Below are positions 29,459 to 38,625 of a DNA stretch of 64,000 bases, one piece after another. The translations under genes and the position numbers were made by a program. Source of the DNA: an uncultured Dehalococcoidia bacterium (lineage in GTDB: Bacteria; Chloroflexota; Dehalococcoidia; SM23-28-2; RBG-16-64-32); contig CAZLDI010000002.1 of assembly GCA_964558415.1 (NCBI GenBank), positions 10,712 to 74,711 of the forward strand. The letters are read 5' to 3'. Under the pieces are notes generated by a model. It saw only the letters and a list, made by a program, of their open reading frames with translations. It was not told the origin of the DNA and ran no database searches. Each line of letters opens with the position of its first letter. Position 1 is the first letter of the stretch.

Positions 29459-30598
29459 CTACTTCTTCAGGATGTTGATCGTGCACGCTGAGCCCAGGCC
29501 GATGACGTGGGCCAGCCCCACCTTCGAGCCTTCCACCTGGCGATTTCCGGCCTCGCCGCGCAGGTGCCAGACGATCTCCACGATGTTGGCGACCCCGGTA
29601 GCGCCCAATGGGTGCCCCTTGGACAGCAGGCCACCGCTGGCGTTGACGGGAATCCGCCCGCCGATCGAGGTGGCGCCCTCGTCGATGAGCTTGCCGGCTT
29701 CGCCCTCGCCGCACAGCATCAGGTTCTCGTAGTGCAGGATCTCGGCGGTCGCGAAGCAGTCGTGCAACTCCACCTGGCTCAGGTCCTCAGGGCCAATTCC
29801 GGCCTTTGTGTACGCCTCTTTCGCGGCGTTCTTCGTCAGCGTGTTGATGTCGAACATCGTCGGGTTGCGATCAGAATAGGGATCGGAGGTGAGGACTGAA
29901 GCCGCTACCCACACCGGCTTGGTGGTGTACTGCTTCGCCTTCTCAGGAGACATTAGCACCACTGCCGCGGCGCCATCGCCTGTTGGGCAACACATAAACA
30001 GAGTGTTCGGCCAGGAAACTACGCGCGCCGTCAGCACTTCCTCCAGCGGTGTCTCCTTCTGGTACTGTGCGTAGGGGTTGTGCACGCCGTGCTCGTGGTT
30101 CTTCACGGCAACTTTGGCGAACTGGGCCTGCGTGGTGCCGTACTTGCGCATATGTTCCACGCCTGCCTGACCGAAGACCCCCGGCATAAGGCCGGTACCC
30201 ATTACACCCTCGGTGCTGTAGGCCCGGTCGCCGCCTCCACCACCGCCGAGCAGGCCCATCTTGCCCATCTGCTCGCTGCCGACCGCCAGCGCCACATCGT
30301 AGGCGCCGGAGGCGACGGACAGCCATGCCTCGCGGAACGCGGTGGAGCCCGTGGCGCAGGCGTTGGAGACGTTGATCACCGGGACGCCTGTGGCGCCTAT
30401 CTCCTTCATCATGCGCTGACCCACCATCGCGTTCGACTGGTAGAGGTTGCCGCTGACAACGATCTCGACGTCCGTAATCGGCACGCCGGCGTTCTTAAGG
30501 GCGCCGATCGCGGCCTCCGACGCAAGTGTGACAACGTCCTTGTCGGGATAGCGGCCGAACTTCAACATGTTGGCGCCGACAATCGCTACGTCTCGCAT
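29459..30598 (-). CDS. Thiolase family protein (SCP2/lipid-transfer type)
   Basis: NACATGS, ELHDCF, NASGGLLSKGHPLGATG. Confidence 0.92.
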   Translation of the reverse strand: MRDVAIVGANMLKFGRYPDKDVVTLASEAAIGALKNAGVPITDVEIVVSGNLYQSNAMVGQRMMKEIGATGVPVINVSNACATGSTAFREAWLSVASGAYDVALAVGSEQMGKMGLLGGGGGGDRAYSTEGVMGTGLMPGVFGQAGVEHMRKYGTTQAQFAKVAVKNHEHGVHNPYAQYQKETPLEEVLTARVVSWPNTLFMCCPTGDGAAAVVLMSPEKAKQYTTKPVWVAASVLTSDPYSDRNPTMFDINTLTKNAAKEAYTKAGIGPEDLSQVELHDCFATAEILHYENLMLCGEGEAGKLIDEGATSIGGRIPVNASGGLLSKGHPLGATGVANIVEIVWHLRGEAGNRQVEGSKVGLAHVIGLGSACTINILKK

Positions 30599-30629
30599 TC
30601 GAATCTCCTTTTCGCGTTGCTATCGGTGT

Positions 30630-31067
30630 CTAGACGACCTTGAACCTGGCGGCGATCACCTCGTTGCCGTCGCGATCTGTTGCTACCTTCTGGCCGTACA
30701 TCTTGACCTTCTTGCCGAACCAGCTGGTGCTCGGCTGGTTGGCGTCCAGTCCGTCGACGTTTGCACGAACGGCGGGACCATCTTTCAGGTCGATGATGGC
30801 GCCCACATACGGGGTTTCGATGCCTGGCGCGCTCTGGTGAACGACGGAGAAGACGTATATCTCCCCTTCGTCGCTAAAGCGGACTTCCTCGAATGGGCCC
30901 GTTGCGCCACACTTGCCGCAGGCGGTGCGTTCACCCAGGAACTGCGTGCCACATGCGGCGCACTTAACGCCCCACAGATAGGCGTCTTCAGCCGGAAAGT
31001 TGTCGGGCACTCTGATGAAAGGCAAAAGCGGTTTCTTGGTGGCGGTAACGGTTGCTTCCTGAGTCAA
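30630..31067 (-). CDS. DUF35 Zn-ribbon/OB-fold acyl-CoA-binding protein
   Basis: KCAACG...RTACGKC, GEIYVFSVVH, PYV; adjacent to the thiolase. Confidence 0.9.
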   Translation of the reverse strand: MTQEATVTATKKPLLPFIRVPDNFPAEDAYLWGVKCAACGTQFLGERTACGKCGATGPFEEVRFSDEGEIYVFSVVHQSAPGIETPYVGAIIDLKDGPAVRANVDGLDANQPSTSWFGKKVKMYGQKVATDRDGNEVIAARFKVV

Positions 31068-31113
31068 GGGCGGCTCCTCCTTCGTTGGTGCGCCTCGTAT
31101 GTAATCATGACCC

Positions 31114-31127
31114 TGACGCGCACGTCA
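31114..31127. promoter_or_regulatory. Palindromic operator candidate upstream of DUF35-thiolase
   Basis: TGACG-CGCA-CGTCA overlapping a TTGACG hexamer on the minus strand. Confidence 0.3.
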
Positions 31128-31239
31128 AGTGACGATAATCACATGGCGACTACTCCGCCGGGTGCTGGTCGTCACGGTCCAGCGGCGGGATGCTGACAGT
31201 TGTCTAAGGAACCTTCCGGTGCTATCTTCTTCGGCATTG

Positions 31240-31881
31240 ATGGCGAACAGCAATGAGCCGTACAATCCTCTGGACTTGAGGCGGTTGGCCGAGGGGATAG
31301 CTCGGGCGCTCCTTGAGCAACCCGTGAACCCGTTGCCGCCAACGGATAACTTTTCTGGCAGTGGTATCTACGTCATCTATTACACGGGTCAGTTTTCTCC
31401 CTACGATCCGATCACCGAACGCAATCGCGACGACAAGCTTGAACGCCCGATCTACGTTGGCAAGGGGATTCATGAAGGGCGACGGACTGGAGGAGGGGGA
31501 TTCGACCCAACGGAGGGCGCTGAAGTATTTGAGCGGCTCAAGAAGCACGCGAGGAGCATCGCAGATGTTGAAAACCTCGACCTTGGCGACTTCTCGTGTC
31601 GGTACTTGGTCGTTGCACCCGTCTGGATTCCCTTAGGCGAAGAACTGCTAATACGATTGTTCTCGCCACTTTGGAATACTGTTGTGACCGGATTCGGGAA
31701 CAACGACCCGGGCAAGAGAAGGTACACCCAACAGCGATCGATTTGGGACGTGCTGCATCCGGGTCGAAGTTGGGCCGCGAAGTGCGCGGACAATCCTCGG
31801 ACGCAAAGAAAGATAGTCGAGGCAGTGGCGCGCGTTCTTCAACGGCCGCAGGTGGGCGACGACCTTGAGTTAGCGCCGTAG
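31240..31881 (+). CDS. Eco29kI-family GIY-YIG restriction endonuclease
   Basis: GIYVIYY, PIYVGK, WIPLGE, PLWN..VTGFGNNDPG..RY.Q.RS.WDVLHPGR.WA. Confidence 0.92.
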   Translation: MANSNEPYNPLDLRRLAEGIARALLEQPVNPLPPTDNFSGSGIYVIYYTGQFSPYDPITERNRDDKLERPIYVGKGIHEGRRTGGGGFDPTEGAEVFERLKKHARSIADVENLDLGDFSCRYLVVAPVWIPLGEELLIRLFSPLWNTVVTGFGNNDPGKRRYTQQRSIWDVLHPGRSWAAKCADNPRTQRKIVEAVARVLQRPQVGDDLELAP

Positions 31882-33303
31882 CACTACCGCGGCGTCGTAC
31901 AGTTGCACCTTGCCACGATGCCCGTCTGCGTCCCCGTTACGGACTGACGAATCGATAATACTGTTGCCCACGCGTTTGGTGCGGACGATATGGACGTCCT
32001 CAACCTTCAAACCGTTGGATTCGGCCATCTGCGCCATCAGGCGATCCACCGGGAACTCGATGCCTTGAATGATCGAATTTCCAATTACGATGACCGCGTG
32101 ACCCCCAGGCCGCAGGTGAGTCTTTAGCGCCTTCGTCAGTCTATTGGTGTCATTCAAATAGGTCGCCACGTAATTGGCCCAGCCTGACCCTCCGTAGTAG
32201 CCCTTCTCGGTGTTGGTCGCACGTAATCTCTCAAGCGCGGAAGAGATGTCGGGCAAATCGAAGTTGAGATCCACGCGCTCGCCTTGACGGACGGTCTGCC
32301 AGAACTTGCCGAAACTGGATTGCTCCAGCCGTTTCGGAGCCTCGGCATCCTGCAGCAGGTCCAGCCAGTAGATTTGAGGGCGCGTGTTGCGTACATAGTG
32401 ATAGTTGTTCATGTATGGCGGCGATGTCACGACGAGGGAGACGGCGCCCCGTGGGAGTTCGGAATCGAAGTAAGACACCTGATGCACGTCCCGCCGACGG
32501 GCGAGCCAGTTGAATCCAAAACTCTGACGCACCCACTCTATGTCTGTGAGCATCTCTTCCAGCTTGCGACAGACGGGCGTCGCAACAGACGCGTTCTCGA
32601 TGAGCGCCTTCCCTGAACCCGGCCGAGAGGCCAGGGATGGTTCGTAACTGTAGTTCGAGAACGAGACCATCGTCGCTCCGAGGGCGGCGCGAAACAGCGT
32701 TCTATCGGGATCAAGCAGGACGCGCACTCGCGACAGGGCGTACAGAAACTTCGCTTCGATTGGCGGACTAAAGAAGGGTATTCGGCTCCTAAATCCGATC
32801 GGCCGTATGTGGCTCAGTTCGACCAGTATACCGGCGAGTGCATCCGGGCCCCCTTCAATCCATCGCCGGTCGATCTCGACCTCGAATCTTCGCATGGCAT
32901 CCCGGAACGCGGCCACCTCAGATCGGAAGTCATGGATGGGCACCTCAAGGCATCTCAACTTCGCCGCAGTTGCGAGTGCGGCGTAGGGGTTTATCTCGTA
33001 ACCGACGGCGTCGTGTCCTGCCTTGACCGCCTCAACTAGGGTTGTGCCGACGCCGGCGAATGGATCCATCACGAGATGCGGTTTCCGACTTCGCTTCGGC
33101 AGGTACGAATGGATTGCGTCTTCCACGAACTGCGCGGAGAATCCGGCGATCCACGGTACCCACCTATGGACCGGGAGTGACTTGTTCTCGGACGCTGCCG
33201 CATCCCTCAATCCGGCTTCAGTCGCCGCCTGATACCTCAGTTCCAACGCGAGTTGTTCTCGGGTTAACACGCTAGAATCGGCCCTTACCGCCTCGTTTCG
33301 CAT
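31870..33303 (-). CDS. Amino DNA methyltransferase, probably N4-cytosine, alpha motif order
   Basis: DPFAGVGTT precedes catalytic TSPPY; convergent with and overlapping the REase. Confidence 0.85.
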   Translation of the reverse strand: MRNEAVRADSSVLTREQLALELRYQAATEAGLRDAAASENKSLPVHRWVPWIAGFSAQFVEDAIHSYLPKRSRKPHLVMDPFAGVGTTLVEAVKAGHDAVGYEINPYAALATAAKLRCLEVPIHDFRSEVAAFRDAMRRFEVEIDRRWIEGGPDALAGILVELSHIRPIGFRSRIPFFSPPIEAKFLYALSRVRVLLDPDRTLFRAALGATMVSFSNYSYEPSLASRPGSGKALIENASVATPVCRKLEEMLTDIEWVRQSFGFNWLARRRDVHQVSYFDSELPRGAVSLVVTSPPYMNNYHYVRNTRPQIYWLDLLQDAEAPKRLEQSSFGKFWQTVRQGERVDLNFDLPDISSALERLRATNTEKGYYGGSGWANYVATYLNDTNRLTKALKTHLRPGGHAVIVIGNSIIQGIEFPVDRLMAQMAESNGLKVEDVHIVRTKRVGNSIIDSSVRNGDADGHRGKVQLYDAAVVLRR

Positions 33304-33595
33304 GCTTATGACTCTGGTCCCAGTACCTTTCTAAATCGTCAAGATATCGTTCGATCGCTTCGTTCCGCTCGGGGGTTCGCGCTGGCAGCGGAGGCGTGTA
33401 GCCGCTTTCCTTGCGTAGTTGCTGGTACAAGTCCAGCGCTTGCCGTTTGTTCTTGAACTTACCCCTGACTTCGTCGTGCAGAATGACGTAGAAGAATCCA
33501 TCGTCTGAAACCCGGTCGGTCGCTCGTTCGATTGACAGGCAAATGGCAGGCGTCGATTGCCTGAACAGGTTCGAAGCATTCGAACGGCTGTTCAC
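33272..33595 (-). CDS. Hypothetical protein upstream of the MTase
   Basis: TATAAT 9 nt before GTG 33595; 3' end overlaps the MTase start; C-terminal part of ORF-track 33272..34009. Confidence 0.55.
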   Translation of the reverse strand: MNSRSNASNLFRQSTPAICLSIERATDRVSDDGFFYVILHDEVRGKFKNKRQALDLYQQLRKESGYTPPLPARTPERNEAIERYLDDLERYWDQSHKHAKRGGKGRF

Positions 33596-33657
33596 TCTAT
33601 CGCGATTATAAACCCGCGAGTCTTCGCTGGACATCCACAACTGGCACTTTTCAACAA

Positions 33658-33969
33658 CTACGCAGCCGGGTGTTGGTCGTCCCGGTCCAGGGGCGGAATG
33701 CTGAAGCTCATCACCAGCGCCTCGCCCTCCAGCGCGCGGACGCTGTGCACTTCGCCCTTGTCGATGCGGACCGTCTCGTACGGGCGCAGGCGCAGCGTGT
33801 GGTCGCCCACGCGGGCCTCCACAGGGTGCTCCAGCACGGTGTATATCTGTACGGACTTCTCGTGGTAGTGCGCCGAGACGTGCTCTGTCTCCAGCATGCG
33901 GATAATGCGGATGCTGCACTCTTGCATCGATACGTGAGAGAGGATCTCGTAAGCCCCGAGGTCGCTCAT
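33658..33969 (-). CDS. Cupin domain protein
   Basis: HYH....Q.Y.V.E, G.VHSVR. Confidence 0.8.
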   Translation of the reverse strand: MSDLGAYEILSHVSMQECSIRIIRMLETEHVSAHYHEKSVQIYTVLEHPVEARVGDHTLRLRPYETVRIDKGEVHSVRALEGEALVMSFSIPPLDRDDQHPAA

Positions 33970-34583
33970 CTCGGCGCCTCCTGGAAGTACCGTCGCTTCG
34001 CCATCTCATACTCCTCCCGAGTGTTCATGCCAAGGAGAACGATATCAGATTCGAACGGGACCTCGCCCACCTCCGTCTCGTGACGGCGCAAGACCTCCCT
34101 CAACCCCTGCGTGGCTTCCTGCACCTCCCGCAGCTCGCGCAGCAGCGAACCATCCAGCACTGCAGGATGTCCGCGGCGGCCCTCGAAAATCGGCACGGTG
34201 ATCAGATGTCGGTTCAGCCGATGCGACTCCAACAGCCGCCGCGTGATCGACGAAGGTCGGGGCTGGTCCACGCTGAGTACGATCACGGTTCCGGTCGCGT
34301 CCGTCAGTTGCGCCGCTCCGGCGCACAGGGAGGAGGCCCGCCCATCTGTGTAGCCCTCGTTGATCGCGGCCTCGCCGCCTGCTTGTTCGACGTGTGGCAG
34401 GACCTCGCCTGAGCGATGTCCCAGGACGACCACCACACGGTCTACTCCTGATGTCTTCAGCTGGCTGATCTGGTACTCGATTAGAGTTCCCCGCCCCCAG
34501 GCGAGCAGAGGCTTGGGTTCTCCCATTCGCTGCGATTCACCGGCGGCCAGTAGAATCGCCGCTACGACCTTCCCGCGCATCAC
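33966..34583 (-). CDS. mocA: Molybdenum cofactor cytidylyltransferase-like nucleotidyltransferase
   Basis: ILLAAGESQRMG.PKPLL, VDQP, RGHP; located in the XDH-family operon. Confidence 0.8.
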   Translation of the reverse strand: MMRGKVVAAILLAAGESQRMGEPKPLLAWGRGTLIEYQISQLKTSGVDRVVVVLGHRSGEVLPHVEQAGGEAAINEGYTDGRASSLCAGAAQLTDATGTVIVLSVDQPRPSSITRRLLESHRLNRHLITVPIFEGRRGHPAVLDGSLLRELREVQEATQGLREVLRRHETEVGEVPFESDIVLLGMNTREEYEMAKRRYFQEAPR

Positions 34584-34641
34584 CGTGGCGCCACCCGCAG
34601 TAGGTTCGAGAACACGAGACGGCTGATCGGGGGCGGCGCTC

Positions 34642-35493
34642 CTATTCTGCGGAGAACAGGCTGCTCAGCTTCATCGCCAGCGCCGCGTTGCCGCCCAGCT
34701 TCACCTTGCGCATCGTGATCGCCATCACCGGGTTCAGTTCGCCCATCGATAGGTCCATCCAGTGCTCAGGCTTTGTCTTAATCTCCGCGTCAAAGGGTTC
34801 CGCCGGGCCGTCCGCGGATTCGGCTTTACCGTCAGCGATCTGTATGTTCCACTGCCCGCCGCCTTCGCCGTCCATCGTGAACTGGTAGGTGGTGGTCATG
34901 TCGGCGCCTCGGCTGCTCCAGAAGATGAGCGGCATGTAGTGGAAGGTGCGCGAGAGGTGGTAGTTCACCTGGTCGGGCGTGCCCGACTCTATCCAGTGCG
35001 GCACCTTTTTCTTGCTGACCTTGCGGATCTCCTGGTACTGCCCGGCCAGGAACAGGTAGCTGGCGAAGAACAGATCGCGCACAGTGCCTGGCCGGTCCCA
35101 CGCCGGGCTCATCGCCGGCTTATCCAGGTCCGCCTCGCTCAGTCCGTTGAGGGTCGCGAGATGCTCCTCGAAACCGGTCTTTACGCGCGGCAGAAGCTCA
35201 GAGGCCGGCAGATTTCGCGCGCCGTCCAGTGTCTTCTTGCGAAACGCGAGGATGTCCTCCCTCTTCGCGAATCCGGGGATGTTCGCTGGCTCGCCGGCCA
35301 GCGCCTGCTCCGTCAGCCGCAGTCCTTCCTCTTCATGGGTTGTCGCCAAATGCGCCAGGTGCTCGCGCGCCGTCCAGTGGTCGGACGCCTTCTTTTCCCA
35401 CTCCTTCTCGTCAAGCCTGGAGAACGCGTCCAGACAGCGGTCCAGGGTCTGGCGGTAGAACTGCGCGATCTGTTCTTTCGTGGGCTTTTTCAA
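34642..35493 (-). CDS. DinB/MDMPI-like plus C-terminal SCP2 sterol-binding domain protein
   Basis: WTAREHLAHL at N-terminus; YQF..DGEGGGQW...GELNPVMA...KVKLGG at C-terminus. Confidence 0.78.
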   Translation of the reverse strand: MKKPTKEQIAQFYRQTLDRCLDAFSRLDEKEWEKKASDHWTAREHLAHLATTHEEEGLRLTEQALAGEPANIPGFAKREDILAFRKKTLDGARNLPASELLPRVKTGFEEHLATLNGLSEADLDKPAMSPAWDRPGTVRDLFFASYLFLAGQYQEIRKVSKKKVPHWIESGTPDQVNYHLSRTFHYMPLIFWSSRGADMTTTYQFTMDGEGGGQWNIQIADGKAESADGPAEPFDAEIKTKPEHWMDLSMGELNPVMAITMRKVKLGGNAALAMKLSSLFSAE

Positions 35494-35535
35494 GGATCCT
35501 CCCTCTGGCTCGCTATATCGCTAGATCGATTCCGC

Positions 35536-37842
35536 CTAGACCTCGCGCATCGCCCGCCAGACGCGCTCAGGCGTGAGCGGCGCTTCCGTCACGCGCGCAC
35601 CGGTGGCGTTAGCAACGGCGTTCGCTACTGCCGCAGCGCCGGCCACGATTGAGGGCTCGCCCACGATGCGGGCGCCGTATGGGCCTTCCTCTGAAGGTAC
35701 CTCCACGATAATCGCCTCGATCGGCGGCAGGTCGCGTGTCGTCGGCAGCCGGTAGTCCAGCAGGTTTCCATTCAGCAGTCTGCCTCGCTCGTCGTAGAGC
35801 ATCTCCTCCGAGAGCGCGATGCCCAAACCCTGGCTCGCACCGCCTTGCATTTGACCTTCCACGGAAAGAGGATTTATCGCGAAGCCCGCGTCCTGGGCGA
35901 CGGCGAAGCCCAGCACGGTGATTTCGCCGGTCTCCGGGTCCACTTCGATGTCCGCCGCCTGCGCGGTGAAGCCGGGCGCCATCTTGCGGGTCGTGATCGC
36001 ACCGCGGCCGACGATCGCTGCGAACGGCGCCGCGAAGTTCGTACTCATCCGGCCCAGGCGCTGGAATGTTAGCGACTTCTCGTCCGAGCCGGTCACGCGA
36101 ACTACTCCGTCCACCATCTCCAGGTCGTCCGGCGCGACCTCCAGGCGTTGGGTGGCGATCTCCAGCATCTGCCGGCGCGCGTCCTCCGCCGCCAGCTTTA
36201 CGGCTCGCCCCACCGTGTACGTGGTCTTGCTGCCGGCGCTCATGCCCGCGTAAGGCGCGGTCTTCGTGTCGCCGGTGGCTACGTTCACCATCTCCAGAGG
36301 CACGTTCAGCACCTCCGCCGTGATCTGGGCGAACGACGTGTTCGTGCCGGTGATGTCCGCCGAGCCCACTGTTACGTTGATGGTGCCGTCGCTATTCAGG
36401 CAGACGATGGCGCTCGCGGGCTGGAGGCCGCCCATCCACCCGCCGATCGCGAGACCGACGCCACGGTTCGGCCGGCCCCGGGCCGCCGCGCGGCCCTTCC
36501 ATACATTGCTCTCCGCGATCGCCTCAAGACATTGTTTCAGGCCGATGCGCGGGTAGGGTTGGCCGCTGGGCAGCGGGTCGCCCTCCTCAACGGCGTTCTT
36601 CAGCCGCACTTCGAGCGGGTCCAGGCCCAACTCGTTGGCCATCATGTCCATGTGGCTCTCGATGGCGAATGTCGCGTTGTGCGCGCCCGGCGCCCTTAGC
36701 GCTCCCGCACTCGGCTTATTCGTCAGGACTTCGTACCCCTGGATTTCCAGGTTCTCGCACTTGTAGTAGCCGCCGACGAGCAAGCACCCGGGAAGCATCG
36801 GCGCCCCCGGGAAGGCTCCAGAGTCGTAGACCAGCCTCGCCTTGATCGCGGTGAGCGTCCCGTCGCGCTTCATACCGGTTTTCAGATCGACGGCGGCGAA
36901 GGGCGCGGGCGTCGCGGCCAGCATGTCCTCTTTGCGGGACATAATGTGCTTCACCGGTCGGCGCGCCACCATCGCCAGCGCAGCCACCATCAGTTCGTAC
37001 AGGTAAATCTTGCCGCCGAAGCCGCCGCCCATCTCCATGGCGATCACGCGGATCTTGTTTTCTGGAATGCCGAGCGTTTGGGACAGCTCGTCGCGGACGT
37101 AGAACGGCGCCTGCGTACTCGTCCAGACGGTCAGCTCGCCGGAAGCGTCGTAATCTGCGATCGTGGCGTGAGGTTCGATGTAGCTCTGGTGCACCATCGC
37201 CGACCGCCAGGTGCGCTCGACAATGACGTCCGCCTGCGCGAAGCCGGACTCGATGTCCCCGCGCTTGAAGTTCATCTGCGATGCGATGTTCGTCGGCGCC
37301 CCCTCCGCCTCCTTCTGTTGCACCTCAACCGTCACGTGGCCGCGCTCTTCTGAGCGGTCGACGTCGCTAATCGGCGTCCGTACCAGCGGCGAGTCTTCTT
37401 CCATCGCCGCGAGAGCGTCAACGACGGGGGGCAGTTCTTCGTACTCGACCGCGATCAGCGCCAGCGCCTCTTCGGCCACGTGGGGATCACTGGCGAGGAC
37501 AGCCGCGAGCGGCTGGCCATAGAAGAGCACCTCGTCCGGCGGAAAGATGACGCCGCGGCGGTTGGAAGCGTTCATCTTGTACGCGGGGAGGTCTTCCGGG
37601 GTTATGACCATTTCAACACCGGGGTGACTCCGGGCCACTGTGGCGTCGATGGACTTGATCCGGGCGTGCGCGTGCGGGCTGCCGAGCACCTTCGCGTGCA
37701 GCATGCGCGGAAGCTGCAGATCATCGGTGTACGCGGTTTCGCCGGTGACCTTGCCTATGCCGTCGATGCGCTTGTGCCGCTTGCCGACCGCGCGGTAGCC
37801 GTTGGTCTCTTTTTCGTGCCTTACTTTCGTCTCTTGCGCCAT
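35536..37842 (-). CDS. Xanthine dehydrogenase-family molybdopterin-binding subunit (not a form I CODH)
   Basis: KVTG...Y.DD, SPHAHARI, GGGFGGK, ALRAPG, EGQMQGG, YGARIVGE; lacks AYxCSFR. Confidence 0.92.
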   Translation of the reverse strand: MAQETKVRHEKETNGYRAVGKRHKRIDGIGKVTGETAYTDDLQLPRMLHAKVLGSPHAHARIKSIDATVARSHPGVEMVITPEDLPAYKMNASNRRGVIFPPDEVLFYGQPLAAVLASDPHVAEEALALIAVEYEELPPVVDALAAMEEDSPLVRTPISDVDRSEERGHVTVEVQQKEAEGAPTNIASQMNFKRGDIESGFAQADVIVERTWRSAMVHQSYIEPHATIADYDASGELTVWTSTQAPFYVRDELSQTLGIPENKIRVIAMEMGGGFGGKIYLYELMVAALAMVARRPVKHIMSRKEDMLAATPAPFAAVDLKTGMKRDGTLTAIKARLVYDSGAFPGAPMLPGCLLVGGYYKCENLEIQGYEVLTNKPSAGALRAPGAHNATFAIESHMDMMANELGLDPLEVRLKNAVEEGDPLPSGQPYPRIGLKQCLEAIAESNVWKGRAAARGRPNRGVGLAIGGWMGGLQPASAIVCLNSDGTINVTVGSADITGTNTSFAQITAEVLNVPLEMVNVATGDTKTAPYAGMSAGSKTTYTVGRAVKLAAEDARRQMLEIATQRLEVAPDDLEMVDGVVRVTGSDEKSLTFQRLGRMSTNFAAPFAAIVGRGAITTRKMAPGFTAQAADIEVDPETGEITVLGFAVAQDAGFAINPLSVEGQMQGGASQGLGIALSEEMLYDERGRLLNGNLLDYRLPTTRDLPPIEAIIVEVPSEEGPYGARIVGEPSIVAGAAAVANAVANATGARVTEAPLTPERVWRAMREV

Positions 37843-37862
37843 TCTTGTCTCTCTTTCGGCTT

Positions 37863-38333
37863 CTAGCGCAGCCGGTCTGCCGCCAGGAGAACCGATTCGT
37901 ATATCTTCGCGTATCCCGTGCAGCGACAGAGGTTACCGGCGAGCCCCGCGCGCACGTCGTCCAGGTTCGGCTTTGGGTTGTGGTCCAGGAGGGACTTCGC
38001 CGCCATGATCATGCCGGGCGTGCAGATGCCGCACTGGACGCCGCCGGCGTCCACGAACGCCTGCTGGACGGAGTGCAGGGTGCCGTTGGTGGAAACCCCT
38101 TCGACCGTGGTCACGTCGCGTCCCTCGGCCTGCACCGCAAGCATCAGGCAGGACGTCACGAGGCGGCCGTCCACGATGATGGAGCAGGCGCCGCAGTCCC
38201 CGGTCCCGCAGCCTTCCTTGGCGCCCGTCAGACGCAGCTGCTCGCGTACGGTCTCCAGCAACGTCCAGCGCGGCTCGACCGCGACTTCCTGTGGCCTCCC
38301 GTTCACGCTGAGTGTGATGATCCGCTTGCTCAT
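37863..38333 (-). CDS. XDH-family 2Fe-2S subunit (CoxS-like)
   Basis: KEGCGTGDCGAC, QCGICTPG, GNLCRCTGY. Confidence 0.95.
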   Translation of the reverse strand: MSKRIITLSVNGRPQEVAVEPRWTLLETVREQLRLTGAKEGCGTGDCGACSIIVDGRLVTSCLMLAVQAEGRDVTTVEGVSTNGTLHSVQQAFVDAGGVQCGICTPGMIMAAKSLLDHNPKPNLDDVRAGLAGNLCRCTGYAKIYESVLLAADRLR

Positions 38334-38334
38334 G

Positions 38335-38625
38335 CTAACTCGTCTTCTCTCCGACGAACGTCCCGTCCGGCGCGATGATGAAGCTGTCTGTCATCGGCAC
38401 GATCGCTCGTAAGCCGCCGTCGTCAATGCTCACTATTACCCGCAGGTTGCGCTCCTGCCTATCGTCCCACCAGGCTTGGACCTCCACCTGATACTCCGTC
38501 CCCGAGCCTCCGATTACCTCCTGATGCTGCTCGTCGCCGATGAGCTGCGTTAGCTGTGCGTAATTCTGCGCCCGTCGGTGCGAGACTTCGGCAGCCAATA
38601 GCTCCGTGGCCTCCTCCTTATCCAC
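38335..38625 (-). CDS. Hypothetical protein within the XDH-family operon
   Basis: 96-aa ORF overlapping the FAD-subunit stop and ending 1 nt before the Fe-S subunit start. Confidence 0.7.
   Translation of the reverse strand: MDKEEATELLAAEVSHRRAQNYAQLTQLIGDEQHQEVIGGSGTEYQVEVQAWWDDRQERNLRVIVSIDDGGLRAIVPMTDSFIIAPDGTFVGEKTS

Noticed and set aside
33272-34009. 245-aa ORF as a single gene
   Set aside because: Its 5' half overlaps the better-supported cupin gene in another frame; only the 3' part is retained
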